This document shows, piece after piece, positions 19,525 through 29,416 of a DNA stretch of 49,418 nucleotides (position 1 is the stretch's first letter; each line of letters starts with the position of its first letter). The notes under the pieces are model-generated. The model was not told the origin of the DNA. It searched no databases and saw only the letters and a list, made by a program, of their open reading frames with translations. Both the position numbers and the translations under genes were made by a program. The stretch comes from Candidatus Micrarchaeota archaeon (lineage in GTDB: Archaea; Micrarchaeota; Micrarchaeia; CABMEP01): the NCBI GenBank assembly GCA_964358895.1, contig CAYHPR010000005.1:1189-50606 (forward strand), in the 5' to 3' direction.

Positions 19525-20115
19525 CTATCGTGTTTTAACTGCGTTAAGCCTTCTTCTAACTGTTTCTTTTGATGTACCCAGTTCCTTAGCAATTTCTCCT
19601 AAGCTTTTTCCTTCCTTATTCAATTGAAGAATTTTTTCAGTTTGATCATTACCTCTCGGCCTTCCGAGAGTTTTTCCTTCACGTTTTGCTCTTTCAAGCC
19701 CTGCCTTTGTTCTCTCACTTATTTTTTTTGCCTCTTGTTTAGCAATCCAAGCAAAAATAGGAATCAGCATCTCAGATAGCTGATGAGTTGTATCAAGAAA
19801 AGGTTCCTGGTAACTGATAAATTTGACGCCCCACTCGTTTAAATCAAGAATATTTTTGATATCTTTCAACCCCGCTCTGCTAAAACGGTCGTAAGCCCAA
19901 ACAAGGACGGCGTCAAACTTTCTTTTCCTAGCCTCTTCCATCATCTCTTCAAATTGAGGTCGAACTTTTTTGCCTGTTCCAGTTATGTTCTCTTTATACT
20001 CCTTATAGATCTCATATTCTCTGGCCTTGCAAAATTGCCTAAGTTGAACAAGCTGGTTCTCTACGTCCTGTCCTTTCTCTTCTGTTGAGACTCGAGCATA
20101 GATTGCAACCTTCAT
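19525..20115 (-). CDS. Small serine recombinase (resolvase/invertase family) with C-terminal HTH
   Basis: 'YARVST', 'RPQF', 'DRFSR', 'ISERTKAGL.RAK..GK.LGRP', HTH. Confidence 0.95.
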   Translation of the reverse strand: MKVAIYARVSTEEKGQDVENQLVQLRQFCKAREYEIYKEYKENITGTGKKVRPQFEEMMEEARKRKFDAVLVWAYDRFSRAGLKDIKNILDLNEWGVKFISYQEPFLDTTHQLSEMLIPIFAWIAKQEAKKISERTKAGLERAKREGKTLGRPRGNDQTEKILQLNKEGKSLGEIAKELGTSKETVRRRLNAVKTR

Positions 20116-20404
20116 GTAACAATTTCTAGTAGGTATTAAATATTTGTGATGTTTCAGTTTAACATAGAATTAGTGTAATAAAGGGATCTAAAACAAACAA
20201 TTGGTTTAAAATTAAAAGAACAGGTAGAATATAACTCATTACTACTTTTTTACTTAAATCCTAAATAACTTTTGAGTATAGTGCATGTTCATTAAACGAA
20301 CTAATTGGTTTGATAATGCGATACGATTTTTTGTCGATGTGGATCCATTTATTTTATTTCGGATTTTTGTTATTTCTCTACTTATCTTTTGAATTTGTTT
20401 CATT

Positions 20405-21118
20405 TTATCCCCATCTCTCTAAGATAATTTTATCATCTGGAATCCCTATATTCCTGAAAATCTGTACGCCCATCTCTACCATCTCATTAGGCCCGCAGAT
20501 GAAGCTGTATCCATCATTTGCTTTGTCAACGTGCCTTTTTACCATTTCTTCATTTATCCTGCCTTTTTCTCCATTCCATTCGTGATTAACTTCCCTTGTA
20601 CACGTGAAGACTACTTTGATATTTTTGTTTTCCTTCTGAATCTTATTCAGCTCATCAAAGTACATGATGTGTTCAGGCGTCCGCGAACTATAAAATACAG
20701 TTATTTTTGTGTCAAGTTTCTTTTCATTTACATATCTTATCATTGAAACAAATGGAGCTATGCCTGTTCCTCCTGCAATCATCACAATTTCCTTCATCAT
20801 AGCTTCGTCAAGGACAAATCTTCCAAATGGGCCATTGAGCTTAACGACGTCTCCTTCCTTCAGCTTGTCGACCTGCTGAGTAAAGTTTCCAGCTATCCTT
20901 ATAGTCAGTTCAATTCCTTTCTTATCCAAAGGAGAAGAAGAAATGGAATACGGCCTAGCATTGATCGGTTCTCCATCTTTGTTTATGTAGAGATTCACAA
21001 ATTGGCCTGGCTTGAAACTGACGTCAAATGGCTCAATAGGTTCAAATCTGAGCATTTTTACCTCTGGCGTCTCCTGAACAATCTTAGAGATCTTAAATTT
21101 AACAAGTGGTTTTACCAT
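20405..21118 (-). CDS. FNR-like FAD/NAD(P)H oxidoreductase
   Basis: 'FKPGQF', 'RPYSISS', 'GPFG', 'IAGGTGIAP', 'ICGP..MV'. Confidence 0.92.
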   Translation of the reverse strand: MVKPLVKFKISKIVQETPEVKMLRFEPIEPFDVSFKPGQFVNLYINKDGEPINARPYSISSSPLDKKGIELTIRIAGNFTQQVDKLKEGDVVKLNGPFGRFVLDEAMMKEIVMIAGGTGIAPFVSMIRYVNEKKLDTKITVFYSSRTPEHIMYFDELNKIQKENKNIKVVFTCTREVNHEWNGEKGRINEEMVKRHVDKANDGYSFICGPNEMVEMGVQIFRNIGIPDDKIILERWG

Positions 21119-21188
21119 ACTAATACATTTTCGCTAGAAAACAATATATTCTGTTCTATTTGTAGAACGAAACATATATAAATAAATT

Positions 21189-22085
21189 ATGCACCATATA
21201 ACTATGCATAGCATGGATCAACATTCTAAACTATCAGGAAGCGGCGATGAGAGCTTGCCAAATTCTAGAAAAGGCAGACAGGAGATTGTTAGTCACGCAA
21301 TTAATCAATTTCCAAAGGCATTCGAACGCTTAGAAACACAATCTGAAGGTCTTACTAGGATGCTCCTAGGTAGGAGAAAACGTATTGTCAGAGCGGAAAG
21401 TGTTAAGTCCTTATTCCATAAGATTCATATTTTTGAAGTAACCAGGAAAACGGAACGGTTAGAGAAACTACCGCGTGAAGAGTTGATAAGTAAAGTTTCT
21501 TCAGCTCGAAAAAACATTCTTGTTACAGGCTACTGTTTATGCATTCTGACAGAACGTTTTGATGAAGAAGCTCTTATGGAGATAAGAAGACAATCCTCAG
21601 ATCCGGATGTTAGAAAAATGGTACGTATCTGTGAATTAGACCTGTTAGAAAAGAGCAGAGAAGCGTCTCTAATTGACAAGATTAATCAAATCGAAGAATC
21701 GATAAAGGACGTTGAAAACAGGGAAATAGGAGGAGAAAGTGAAGAAAAGGATAGAAAAACGTTATGTGAACGCATAGAAATGATAAAAGATCTCAGAAAG
21801 CTTATTACACTATATGACTCTGGATCGTACGATGCTAAAGATCTGTTAGATCACGCATTGGATGTTAAAGATGTCTGGATGATATCTTACGTGGCGTATA
21901 TCTTGTATCAGAATAAGAAACTATCTGCCATGGACTTGTTAAACCTTGGTCTAAAGAAAGTTGTAGCCGAAACAGAGCCTAGTGCACAAAAAGATTGTTT
22001 GACACGTTTCAGTCAAATTGTTGACGGGCTCAATACTCAGATGGAACGAGAAGCAATCAAAGAAGACTACGAAGGATACGATTAA
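21189..22085 (+). CDS. Hypothetical helical protein
   Basis: 298-aa ORF; no recognisable motif. Confidence 0.65.
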   Translation: MHHITMHSMDQHSKLSGSGDESLPNSRKGRQEIVSHAINQFPKAFERLETQSEGLTRMLLGRRKRIVRAESVKSLFHKIHIFEVTRKTERLEKLPREELISKVSSARKNILVTGYCLCILTERFDEEALMEIRRQSSDPDVRKMVRICELDLLEKSREASLIDKINQIEESIKDVENREIGGESEEKDRKTLCERIEMIKDLRKLITLYDSGSYDAKDLLDHALDVKDVWMISYVAYILYQNKKLSAMDLLNLGLKKVVAETEPSAQKDCLTRFSQIVDGLNTQMEREAIKEDYEGYD

Positions 22086-22141
22086 TTTCGTCGATTGTCT
22101 AACACAAGTTTAAATACCCTACTTCTACTAATCGTCGTTAG

Positions 22142-22185
22142 GCAGATTAACAGCAGATAAACAGCAGATTAACAGCGGCATAACG
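22142..22185. repeat. Four tandem 11-bp units
   Basis: GCAGATTAACA GCAGATAAACA GCAGATTAACA GCGGCATAACG. Confidence 0.85.
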
Positions 22186-22544
22186 GGGCGACGAAAACGA
22201 GAAATGGAACTAGTATACCTGCAGGTCTATTACGGGACTTAGCAAACGTTGAAGGCGGAGAAGCTATAACTAGAGTACTCTGGATCAATCTACATGAAAA
22301 AAAAGGTTCATACAATCTATTAAGATTTAACGAATTGAATAAACTTAAAAAACAGGATCTGTTAGATGTTAAATCAAGATTAGAATCCCTAGACCAAGAT
22401 AAACGAATCTACGAGATTACGGGATTAAACGGCCAGCTTAGCGGAAGCATAAAAAAACTTGTTCAAAAGATCAACGAAGCAGTCGATAAGCTAAACAGTT
22501 CTACTGGGCAAGATGGAAAAGAACGAGATCAGTGGCAAGGTTAA
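22185..22544 (+). pseudogene. Open frame of about 119 codons lacking a canonical start (or the 69-aa TTG-start ORF from 22335)
   Basis: Frame is open from 22173; GGG GCG ACG AAA ACG AGA (G-ATKTR) at 22185 looks like a mutated start. Confidence 0.4.
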
Positions 22545-22545
22545 C

Positions 22546-23055
22546 CTACAAATCTGAGTAAATCGGTCCTTCACTGGTAAGTGTGCTTTTCTTTAGCTTT
22601 ATTTCCTTAACTTCAAACTGGCCAAAATAGTCGTTTTTATGCTTCGATAAGAAGTCTTGCAAGTCAACTTTTTCCCTTAGTCTTGCTATTGTAAGATGTG
22701 ATACAAACTTCTCAGATCTGAAACCAAAAGATTCTAGTCTTTTGTCCAGTTCCTTTGCAATCCCAGTCAGCTTTTCATTATCTGCTCCGATCCAAACAAC
22801 GCGGACAAACTGTTCACTTGGAAACACTCCTACTCCGGTTACATCTACAGGGAAGGGGTCGAACCGAACTGATGAGACTATCCTCTTTATCTCGTCTGTA
22901 TCTTTCTCATCCATTTCCCCAAGAAATTTAAGTGTGATATGAATAATCTCCGGTTTAACCAGCTTGATTTTATCTGAAACTGGAAGTTCCGACTGGAGCT
23001 TTGCTATTTTTTCCTTAATCTCCTTCGGGATTTCAACCGCAATAAATGCTCTCAT
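22546..23055 (-). CDS. thpR: RNA 2',3'-cyclic phosphodiesterase (2H family)
   Basis: 'MRAFIAVEIP', HITL and HLTI motifs, 'STLT..GPIY'. Confidence 0.93.
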   Translation of the reverse strand: MRAFIAVEIPKEIKEKIAKLQSELPVSDKIKLVKPEIIHITLKFLGEMDEKDTDEIKRIVSSVRFDPFPVDVTGVGVFPSEQFVRVVWIGADNEKLTGIAKELDKRLESFGFRSEKFVSHLTIARLREKVDLQDFLSKHKNDYFGQFEVKEIKLKKSTLTSEGPIYSDL

Positions 23056-23103
23056 TATCCTATTTAGCGAAAGAGATAAAAATAAACAAAGTGTCAGGTA
23101 GAT

Positions 23104-23544
23104 ATGACAATTGGCACGTCTGTCGATCCTGGCTACATACTGAAAAAGTACAAAGTTATTGCAGTTGTCGGATGCTCACGCGATCCATATAAGGATGCAA
23201 ACAGTGTGCCTGCGTATATGCGGACACACGACTATCGTATAATTCCTATCAATCCTTTTGCTGTCGAAATCTTCGGTGAAAAAGCATATTCAAGCCTTAG
23301 TGAAATGCCAGAGGAGCTAAAACGATCAGTTGAGATCGTTAACATATTTAGACCTTCTTCAGAAGTTCTGTCAGTTGTTGAGGAAGCAATCGAGATCAAA
23401 AAGAAATTCAACCGCCCTTATGTTATTTGGATGCAATCGGGCATCTCCGAAGAGGCAGCAGCAAGGAAGGCAAGAAATGCCGGGATGACTGTTTTCATGG
23501 ACAAATGTCTGAGAGTTGAGCATCAAAACTCCCTAAAAGGATAG
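23104..23544 (+). CDS. CoA-binding domain protein (YccU-like)
   Basis: 'IAVVG.S', 'IIPINP', 'IFRPS', 'IWMQSGI', 'MDKC'. Confidence 0.9.
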   Translation: MTIGTSVDPGYILKKYKVIAVVGCSRDPYKDANSVPAYMRTHDYRIIPINPFAVEIFGEKAYSSLSEMPEELKRSVEIVNIFRPSSEVLSVVEEAIEIKKKFNRPYVIWMQSGISEEAAARKARNAGMTVFMDKCLRVEHQNSLKG

Positions 23545-23574
23545 GTATTTATATAAGAAATAGGTAGTATAATT

Positions 23575-25125
23575 ATGCCTCCAGATATGTTTCCAGTTAG
23601 ATCTGACCGAAAATCGAGTCTTGAACAAGAACTGAAAACATACGATATTGATCTAGAAAAGTTTCGAGAGTATATCTATAAACAAGAGCAGAGAGTTAGA
23701 GAATTAGCGGATTTAGAAAAAATAAACAAAGGGTTAATGTTACGAATTCAGGACTTTCAGAATAGTAAGAAATTGGCCGAAGATCAGATACAAATCTATT
23801 CTAAAGAGTTGGAGTTATACTCTGAAAAAATAAAACTTCTAGAGACAAATCTAGTTAGAATGCAGGAAGAATTAAAACAGAGCGAATTAGCTAAAGAAAA
23901 CCTGAATCTGCAAGTAGGTACACAATCTAATTTAATCAGTATTCAAGCTAACAAAATCGCAGCGCTTGAACCTGAAATAGAAAAACTACGGGAGAGTATT
24001 AAGGATGCAACTAGAGACATGCTTGAGGCTGTTAAAAGAGCTAAAGAAGCTGAAATAGCTTATAAGAAAGCACATGAATCCGGAAAGCTAGCCGAACAAA
24101 ATGAAATATTTTTACGAAACCAGCTAAATGATCAAGAATCCCATTACAGGCATGTTCAAGTCGCGCTTGGAGACCTAACCAAAAGGTTGGAATCTGAACT
24201 AGAAAAATATCGTATTTCATTTAATGAAAATTTGACAAAGGAAGACGATCTCAAAAAAGCACTCAGGGAGCAAAGAGAAGAAAAAGATAAGGAAATTGAA
24301 TTTTTGAAAGAAAAAGTAAAGAAGTTAACTCAAGACATAAATGGGCTGGAAGATATCCTGCGTCTTAATTTAAAAATTAAAATGAAAGAAGTTTCAAAAC
24401 TTGATAAAGAAATTAGTAGTTTGAAGAAAGATTTAGACACTAAAACTGCAGTTGCTAATCGAATAACTCTTAAGAGAACTATGATAATTGCAGGAGTTTC
24501 CTTGTTCCTTGGTTTTTTTATTTTCTACTGTGTCAAACTTTATCAGAGTAGGCAAGAAAGACAGATATTGAAAGTATTATCCACTGGTATTTCAAATCCT
24601 GTGATTTCAATGCAGCTTAGTCGTTTGCTTTTGAGCAAGGATCCAAAAGAACGTTGGTCTGCTGTTGAGGAGATCTATAAAGATCCAGATCCGCAGACGT
24701 TGCCTGCTTTAGCTTGCCAGTTGGAAAACGAGTCCATTTCTGTTGTTAAGCTAAAAATTATTGAAACCCTTGTTAAGCTCGGTGACAAGACTGTGTTGCC
24801 CGAACTAGTGAATTTACAACTTAATTCTAGTGATCCACTTATTAGGCAGGTTGCAAGCGAAGCAGTAGGTGAGATCTCTGAGGCATCCAGAAAAGCAGAT
24901 ACTCAAAAGGACACCGATTATCAAAAAACTTTGGGTGCTTACCAAGCTCAAGCAAACAATCTGATTGATGCACTTAATAAGAAAGTTAAGGAAAATAACG
25001 TGCTTAAAATAGAAAATCAAAAAACCACTGAAGTACTAAAAGGATTTGTGGAAAAGGATGCAAGGGAGAGAGTTAAATCCGCTCCATCTTCTAAAGGGCA
25101 AAACAAAAACGTCTTGAGAAGATGA
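23575..25125 (+). CDS. Coiled-coil + single TM + HEAT-repeat protein
   Basis: About 300-aa heptad region, TM 'MIIAGVSLFLGFFIFYCV', HEAT-like 'DPLIRQVASEAVGEI'. Confidence 0.7.
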   Translation: MPPDMFPVRSDRKSSLEQELKTYDIDLEKFREYIYKQEQRVRELADLEKINKGLMLRIQDFQNSKKLAEDQIQIYSKELELYSEKIKLLETNLVRMQEELKQSELAKENLNLQVGTQSNLISIQANKIAALEPEIEKLRESIKDATRDMLEAVKRAKEAEIAYKKAHESGKLAEQNEIFLRNQLNDQESHYRHVQVALGDLTKRLESELEKYRISFNENLTKEDDLKKALREQREEKDKEIEFLKEKVKKLTQDINGLEDILRLNLKIKMKEVSKLDKEISSLKKDLDTKTAVANRITLKRTMIIAGVSLFLGFFIFYCVKLYQSRQERQILKVLSTGISNPVISMQLSRLLLSKDPKERWSAVEEIYKDPDPQTLPALACQLENESISVVKLKIIETLVKLGDKTVLPELVNLQLNSSDPLIRQVASEAVGEISEASRKADTQKDTDYQKTLGAYQAQANNLIDALNKKVKENNVLKIENQKTTEVLKGFVEKDARERVKSAPSSKGQNKNVLRR

Positions 25126-25475
25126 GTTCAATCAAACTAAACCGGTTATCGTTATCTGAAGAATTACAAAAAGCACTTCCATCTGAAGCAAGAGCTTATA
25201 TTTTTCATCTAACCAATCTGCTTGAAACTAACTCTATTCTAAATGATCGATTGAATGCTTCGTTGGAAGATAGACGAGTTCACATTTCGATTCTTGAACA
25301 AGAAAATAGGGAATTGCGTGAACAGCGTGAAAATTTAATGGAAAGGATTAAGACAGAAGAAAAAGGAACGGCGGATTTAACTAACGACATTAAACAACTT
25401 ATGAAAGAAATCGAAAAAATTACAAATATTATATCAACAATTCCAAATCAAGGAGATTCAGAAGGAACTAAATAA
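25122..25475 (+). CDS. Small coiled-coil protein
   Basis: 117 aa, ATGA overlap with the previous gene. Confidence 0.7.
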   Translation: MSSIKLNRLSLSEELQKALPSEARAYIFHLTNLLETNSILNDRLNASLEDRRVHISILEQENRELREQRENLMERIKTEEKGTADLTNDIKQLMKEIEKITNIISTIPNQGDSEGTK

Positions 25476-25528
25476 CTTTATAAATTCTTTTAACCAACAA
25501 CCATCATAGAAACATAAGAGGCAATTAG

Positions 25529-26602
25529 ATGGTTAAGGACTTCTCTACTTCAGGTGTGCAGGTTATTGTTGTAGGTGTAGGTGGAGGAGGCTGTAATACT
25601 ATTAAGAGACTAATAGACTACGGGACTAAAGGAGCTAAACTGCTTGCAGTTAACACAGACAGAATTCACTTAAACACAGTTACTGCACCGGCAAGACGTG
25701 TTCTGATTGGAGCTAATATTACTAAAGGTCTAGGTGCTGGAGGTTATCCAGACATCGCAATGAAAGCAGCAGAAAGTTCACGAGCTGAGATAAAGTCAGA
25801 ACTTGAGGGTGCTGACATAGTATTCTTATGTGCAGGTATGGGTGGAGGAACAGGCACGGGAGCATCACCTGTGGTTGCTGACATCGCTAAGCATGAAGGT
25901 GCGATCGTAGTCGGAATAGTCACATTTCCATTCAAAATAGAAAAAGCACGACTTGAGAAAGCGTTTAAGGGGTTAGAAGAACTAAGGAAATCTAGCGATA
26001 CGCTAGTAATTATCGATAATAACAGGCTTCTTGATTTTGTTCCAAACCTACCGATAGAACAGGCATTCATGGTTGCTGACGAAGTGACTGCAAGAGCAGT
26101 CCGTGGAATCAGTGAAACATTGCTGCAACCCTCATTAATCAACCTGGACTTTGCTGATCTAAGGTCAGTCATGTCAGGTGGTGGAGTTAGTATGATTGCA
26201 GTTGGTGAAGGAAAAGGAATCAATAAAGTTGATGATGTTGTAAAAAATACGTTAGATCATAAGTTGCTTGATGTTGATCCAAAGGGCGCAAGAGGAGTTC
26301 TTTTGCATTTGACTGGTGGACCTGATATGACTCTCGGCGACGCTAATAAAATAGGAGAGAAATTGACTGATCACGTAGATCCTCATGCGGAAGTAATCTG
26401 GGGAGCAAGAATGGATCAAGAATTCGGTGAAAAGATCGAAGTAATTGCAATATTCACTGGCCTTAAGGAAGGGCCTGCACTTCTCGACCAACGTGCAGAA
26501 AAAGAATGGGGTGTAAAATCGGTTAAAGCTGAAAGGTCAAGCCAATCCAGCGGTTATTCTTCGCCAGCACCTGCTCCAACAAGATCTATTTTCGGTTTCT
26601 AA
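25529..26602 (+). CDS. ftsZ: Cell division GTPase FtsZ (paralogue C)
   Basis: [24 protein letters not shown]; flexible tail ending SIFGF. Confidence 0.97.
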   Translation: MVKDFSTSGVQVIVVGVGGGGCNTIKRLIDYGTKGAKLLAVNTDRIHLNTVTAPARRVLIGANITKGLGAGGYPDIAMKAAESSRAEIKSELEGADIVFLCAGMGGGTGTGASPVVADIAKHEGAIVVGIVTFPFKIEKARLEKAFKGLEELRKSSDTLVIIDNNRLLDFVPNLPIEQAFMVADEVTARAVRGISETLLQPSLINLDFADLRSVMSGGGVSMIAVGEGKGINKVDDVVKNTLDHKLLDVDPKGARGVLLHLTGGPDMTLGDANKIGEKLTDHVDPHAEVIWGARMDQEFGEKIEVIAIFTGLKEGPALLDQRAEKEWGVKSVKAERSSQSSGYSSPAPAPTRSIFGF

Positions 26603-26683
26603 TCTCGTCGGTAGAACACTAGTAATTCTAAAACTCTTTTTCCATTAGATTAAATATAAATAGTATAAAAATATCATTATATT

Positions 26684-27433
26684 ATGAAAAAGATGTTAGA
26701 TCAGACAAAAAATAGCGGACTTATCCGTTCACCAAAAGTTGCTTCTTCTAAACCTTTTCAATTGGCAGAAATTCCTCCAGAACATATGATGAAAGCCGTC
26801 AAAATTTATTCAGCACTTAATTTTGATCGCGGCACTATGCTCCATAGTATGCGTTGTGCAAATACTGCATACAAGCTTGCATCAGCACTCGAACTGCCTG
26901 AATTCGATCGAAGAGTTGCTTATCTTGTTGGGGCTTTGCAGGATGTTGGAAAGGAAAACTTGTTTAGAGAGCACAGACAGCTTATGGAAACTCCAAGAGA
27001 TTTATTAACGGAGGAACAGAAAGACTTGATCAGGGCTCATGTTTCGAATGGTGAGAAGAAAACAAGGGATATATGCGAAGGATGGAGAGAGCGAGAAGCA
27101 GCTGCGGCAGGGGTTGGTTGTCATCATGAGCATTTAGACGGAAGCGGTTATCCCAATAAGCTAAACGGAGATCAAATCCCAATTAGCGCCAGGATAGTTA
27201 CGCCAATTGATGTTTTCGATGCAATGATGCAGAAAAGACGTTACAGGACTTGGTCGATGACGAAAGAGGAAGCAGTTCATTATCTTGTTTATAGAAAAAC
27301 TTGGTTCGATGAGCAGGTACTAAGAAAGTTAATTGAGATTATAGGTTATAATTTTGATAGTGTACTGTTGAACTTACCAAAAATGCTTAAAAAAATAAAA
27401 GAGTACGATATTCCTAGCGTTCCTAGTTTTTAA
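26684..27433 (+). CDS. HD-GYP domain protein with HD changed to QD
   Basis: 'HS.R.A', 'ALQDVGK', 'HHEHLDGSGYP', 'IPISARI...IDVFDAM...RRYR'. Confidence 0.9.
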   Translation: MKKMLDQTKNSGLIRSPKVASSKPFQLAEIPPEHMMKAVKIYSALNFDRGTMLHSMRCANTAYKLASALELPEFDRRVAYLVGALQDVGKENLFREHRQLMETPRDLLTEEQKDLIRAHVSNGEKKTRDICEGWREREAAAAGVGCHHEHLDGSGYPNKLNGDQIPISARIVTPIDVFDAMMQKRRYRTWSMTKEEAVHYLVYRKTWFDEQVLRKLIEIIGYNFDSVLLNLPKMLKKIKEYDIPSVPSF

Positions 27434-27434
27434 T

Positions 27435-28820
27435 TTAACTCTTCCAGAACCATGGAAGAACATTGAACAAAAATGCGATCATAATTGTATACGAAATAAG
27501 TTTAACTGCAGCCTTATTCTTAACTCCAATCTCAAACAGCCTGTATCCATCAAATGCAGCTACTGGAAGAAGGTTGATTATCCCGATAAAGAAATTCAGG
27601 ACAGTAATCAGACCTAATACGGTATAGATGCTTTTTATCCAAAGAAATTCATTTTTAATCGGTTGTGAGAGATAAATACCCATCCTTGCGTTTTCATCTG
27701 TTTTGACTATCGTTGTCCCTTTATCTGTGATCAATGTTACTTCACTATTTGGTTCAAATGTTTGCTTAACTTTGGAAAAATCATCAAATGAACTTATTTC
27801 AATTCCATTAGCATATGCAATTTTCGTATCCATTGTCAATGGGGCACCTACTGATGAAATATTTCTAGCAAAACCAGACACCATCAGTTCGTTAGAATAA
27901 AAGTTAGGCAGCAGCAACAGCAGAGCAAAAGTCGGGATAAAGAAGACAAGTGTTGTAAATAGGTTTCCTGTCGATCCCGCAACTGCAACTCTTAGTTTAT
28001 CTGCTTCTTTTCTTTTTTCCAACTGTTTTTCATCAATATCAACAAATGCACCAACTGGAATTATCCCAAATGTCAAAAATCCTGTTGACTTAATCTTAAC
28101 TTTCGAAAGCAATGCAGATACGCCATGGCCGCCTTCATGTACTATCAGAAGGGCAAGTAATGCAATTATTCCTTCGAATAATGGGATAGTTAGGCCTGGG
28201 ATTATCAGTGATACGCCTGGACTTGTTCCAGCTAGTGCGACCGGACTGCCGGACAGAAATAATAAAATTGAGTAAAGAACTGAGAGTGCTTTGATAAGTA
28301 AGCTATAGATTACGATTCCAACGAAACCAAAAATAAGTAATATTCCTAAAATAATATACACCGAATCCGATCCATTAGTAACTGCTTCGCCTTTTGGAAG
28401 TTCAATCAATGTTAATGCAATTGCAGGTAATGTCGGCATTATAATAAAGACAAAAACTGCAAGGACAACCAAAGAAGCAGCCATAATTTTTTTCGTCATA
28501 TGTTTGAAAGCAAAAATCGAAGAGAGTCCAAAACTGATTCCTAATCCAATATCTGTTATTTCATTCCAATACTTGCCCAACAGCTGTTTCATTGCTTCGA
28601 CTATTTTTATTCCTTCTTTTGTTTTTACCATTACAAAGCCATGCCACCCTTCCGCTTTGGTCAGACGGCGAATTGCAATACCTGTCAAAAGAAGAAGCAG
28701 AATTGCAGCTATTCCCTTCATTAGTGCAGTTAAATCGCTAGTCACAAGATAGTAAAATCCCGTGAATGAGAGGATAACTAATAGTGCCAATTGAATTATC
28801 TCTGTTCTCAAAAACAGCAT
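27435..28820 (-). CDS. Site-2 protease (M50) with PDZ-like insert
   Basis: HEGGH, 'GAFV', 'AG...N', 'NLLPVAAFDG'. Confidence 0.92.
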   Translation of the reverse strand: MLFLRTEIIQLALLVILSFTGFYYLVTSDLTALMKGIAAILLLLLTGIAIRRLTKAEGWHGFVMVKTKEGIKIVEAMKQLLGKYWNEITDIGLGISFGLSSIFAFKHMTKKIMAASLVVLAVFVFIIMPTLPAIALTLIELPKGEAVTNGSDSVYIILGILLIFGFVGIVIYSLLIKALSVLYSILLFLSGSPVALAGTSPGVSLIIPGLTIPLFEGIIALLALLIVHEGGHGVSALLSKVKIKSTGFLTFGIIPVGAFVDIDEKQLEKRKEADKLRVAVAGSTGNLFTTLVFFIPTFALLLLLPNFYSNELMVSGFARNISSVGAPLTMDTKIAYANGIEISSFDDFSKVKQTFEPNSEVTLITDKGTTIVKTDENARMGIYLSQPIKNEFLWIKSIYTVLGLITVLNFFIGIINLLPVAAFDGYRLFEIGVKNKAAVKLISYTIMIAFLFNVLPWFWKS

Positions 28821-28899
28821 ATACTATTGTTGTACAGATGATTTTATATGCTTAATTATATGCTATTCCTTGGAGAAGTTTAGTCTGAGAGGTTTATCT

Positions 28900-29346
28900 A
28901 TGTCTGATTGTGAAGTTTGTGGAAGAACTGGTGCACGAATTGACTGCATAATTGAAAGTGCAAAGCTTAGAGTGTGTGAAAACTGCTCTAGGCTTGGTAA
29001 AGTTGTTTATGTAGAACGCCCTCCTGTGCTCGGTAAAGGGAATAAGATGATCAAAAAAGAATTTGAATTAGAACTTGTGGAGGATTACGCTGAAAGGATA
29101 AAGAATGCAAGAAATAAACTGCAATTGAATGTAAAGGAGCTTGCCTCTCTCATATTAGAAAAAGAATCATTTCTTGATGGAATTGAAAAAGAAACAACCG
29201 TTCCAACTGAAAAGACTGCAAGAAAACTTGAAAGATATCTGAAGATCAAGCTTCTGGAAGAAGTTCCAGCAGAAAGCTCAGCAAAAGGAAATTCAAAAAG
29301 GAACGCGGACATCACACTAGGTGATGTAGTTGATATAAAGAAATAA
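28900..29346 (+). CDS. Archaeal MBF1 (Zn ribbon + HTH)
   Basis: CEVCG...VCENC..LG, 'ELVEDY..RIK.AR', 'TLGD'. Confidence 0.92.
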   Translation: MSDCEVCGRTGARIDCIIESAKLRVCENCSRLGKVVYVERPPVLGKGNKMIKKEFELELVEDYAERIKNARNKLQLNVKELASLILEKESFLDGIEKETTVPTEKTARKLERYLKIKLLEEVPAESSAKGNSKRNADITLGDVVDIKK

Positions 29347-29416
29347 AAGATAAGTTAGTAAAAAAGAAGCAAAATAATTTAAGCAACGATAGTAAGCGTA
29401 AAAAAGAAGTGATTTT

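Noticed and set aside
18133-22544. Provirus or transposon
   Set aside because: No capsid, packaging ATPase, transposase, terminal repeats or att sites identified
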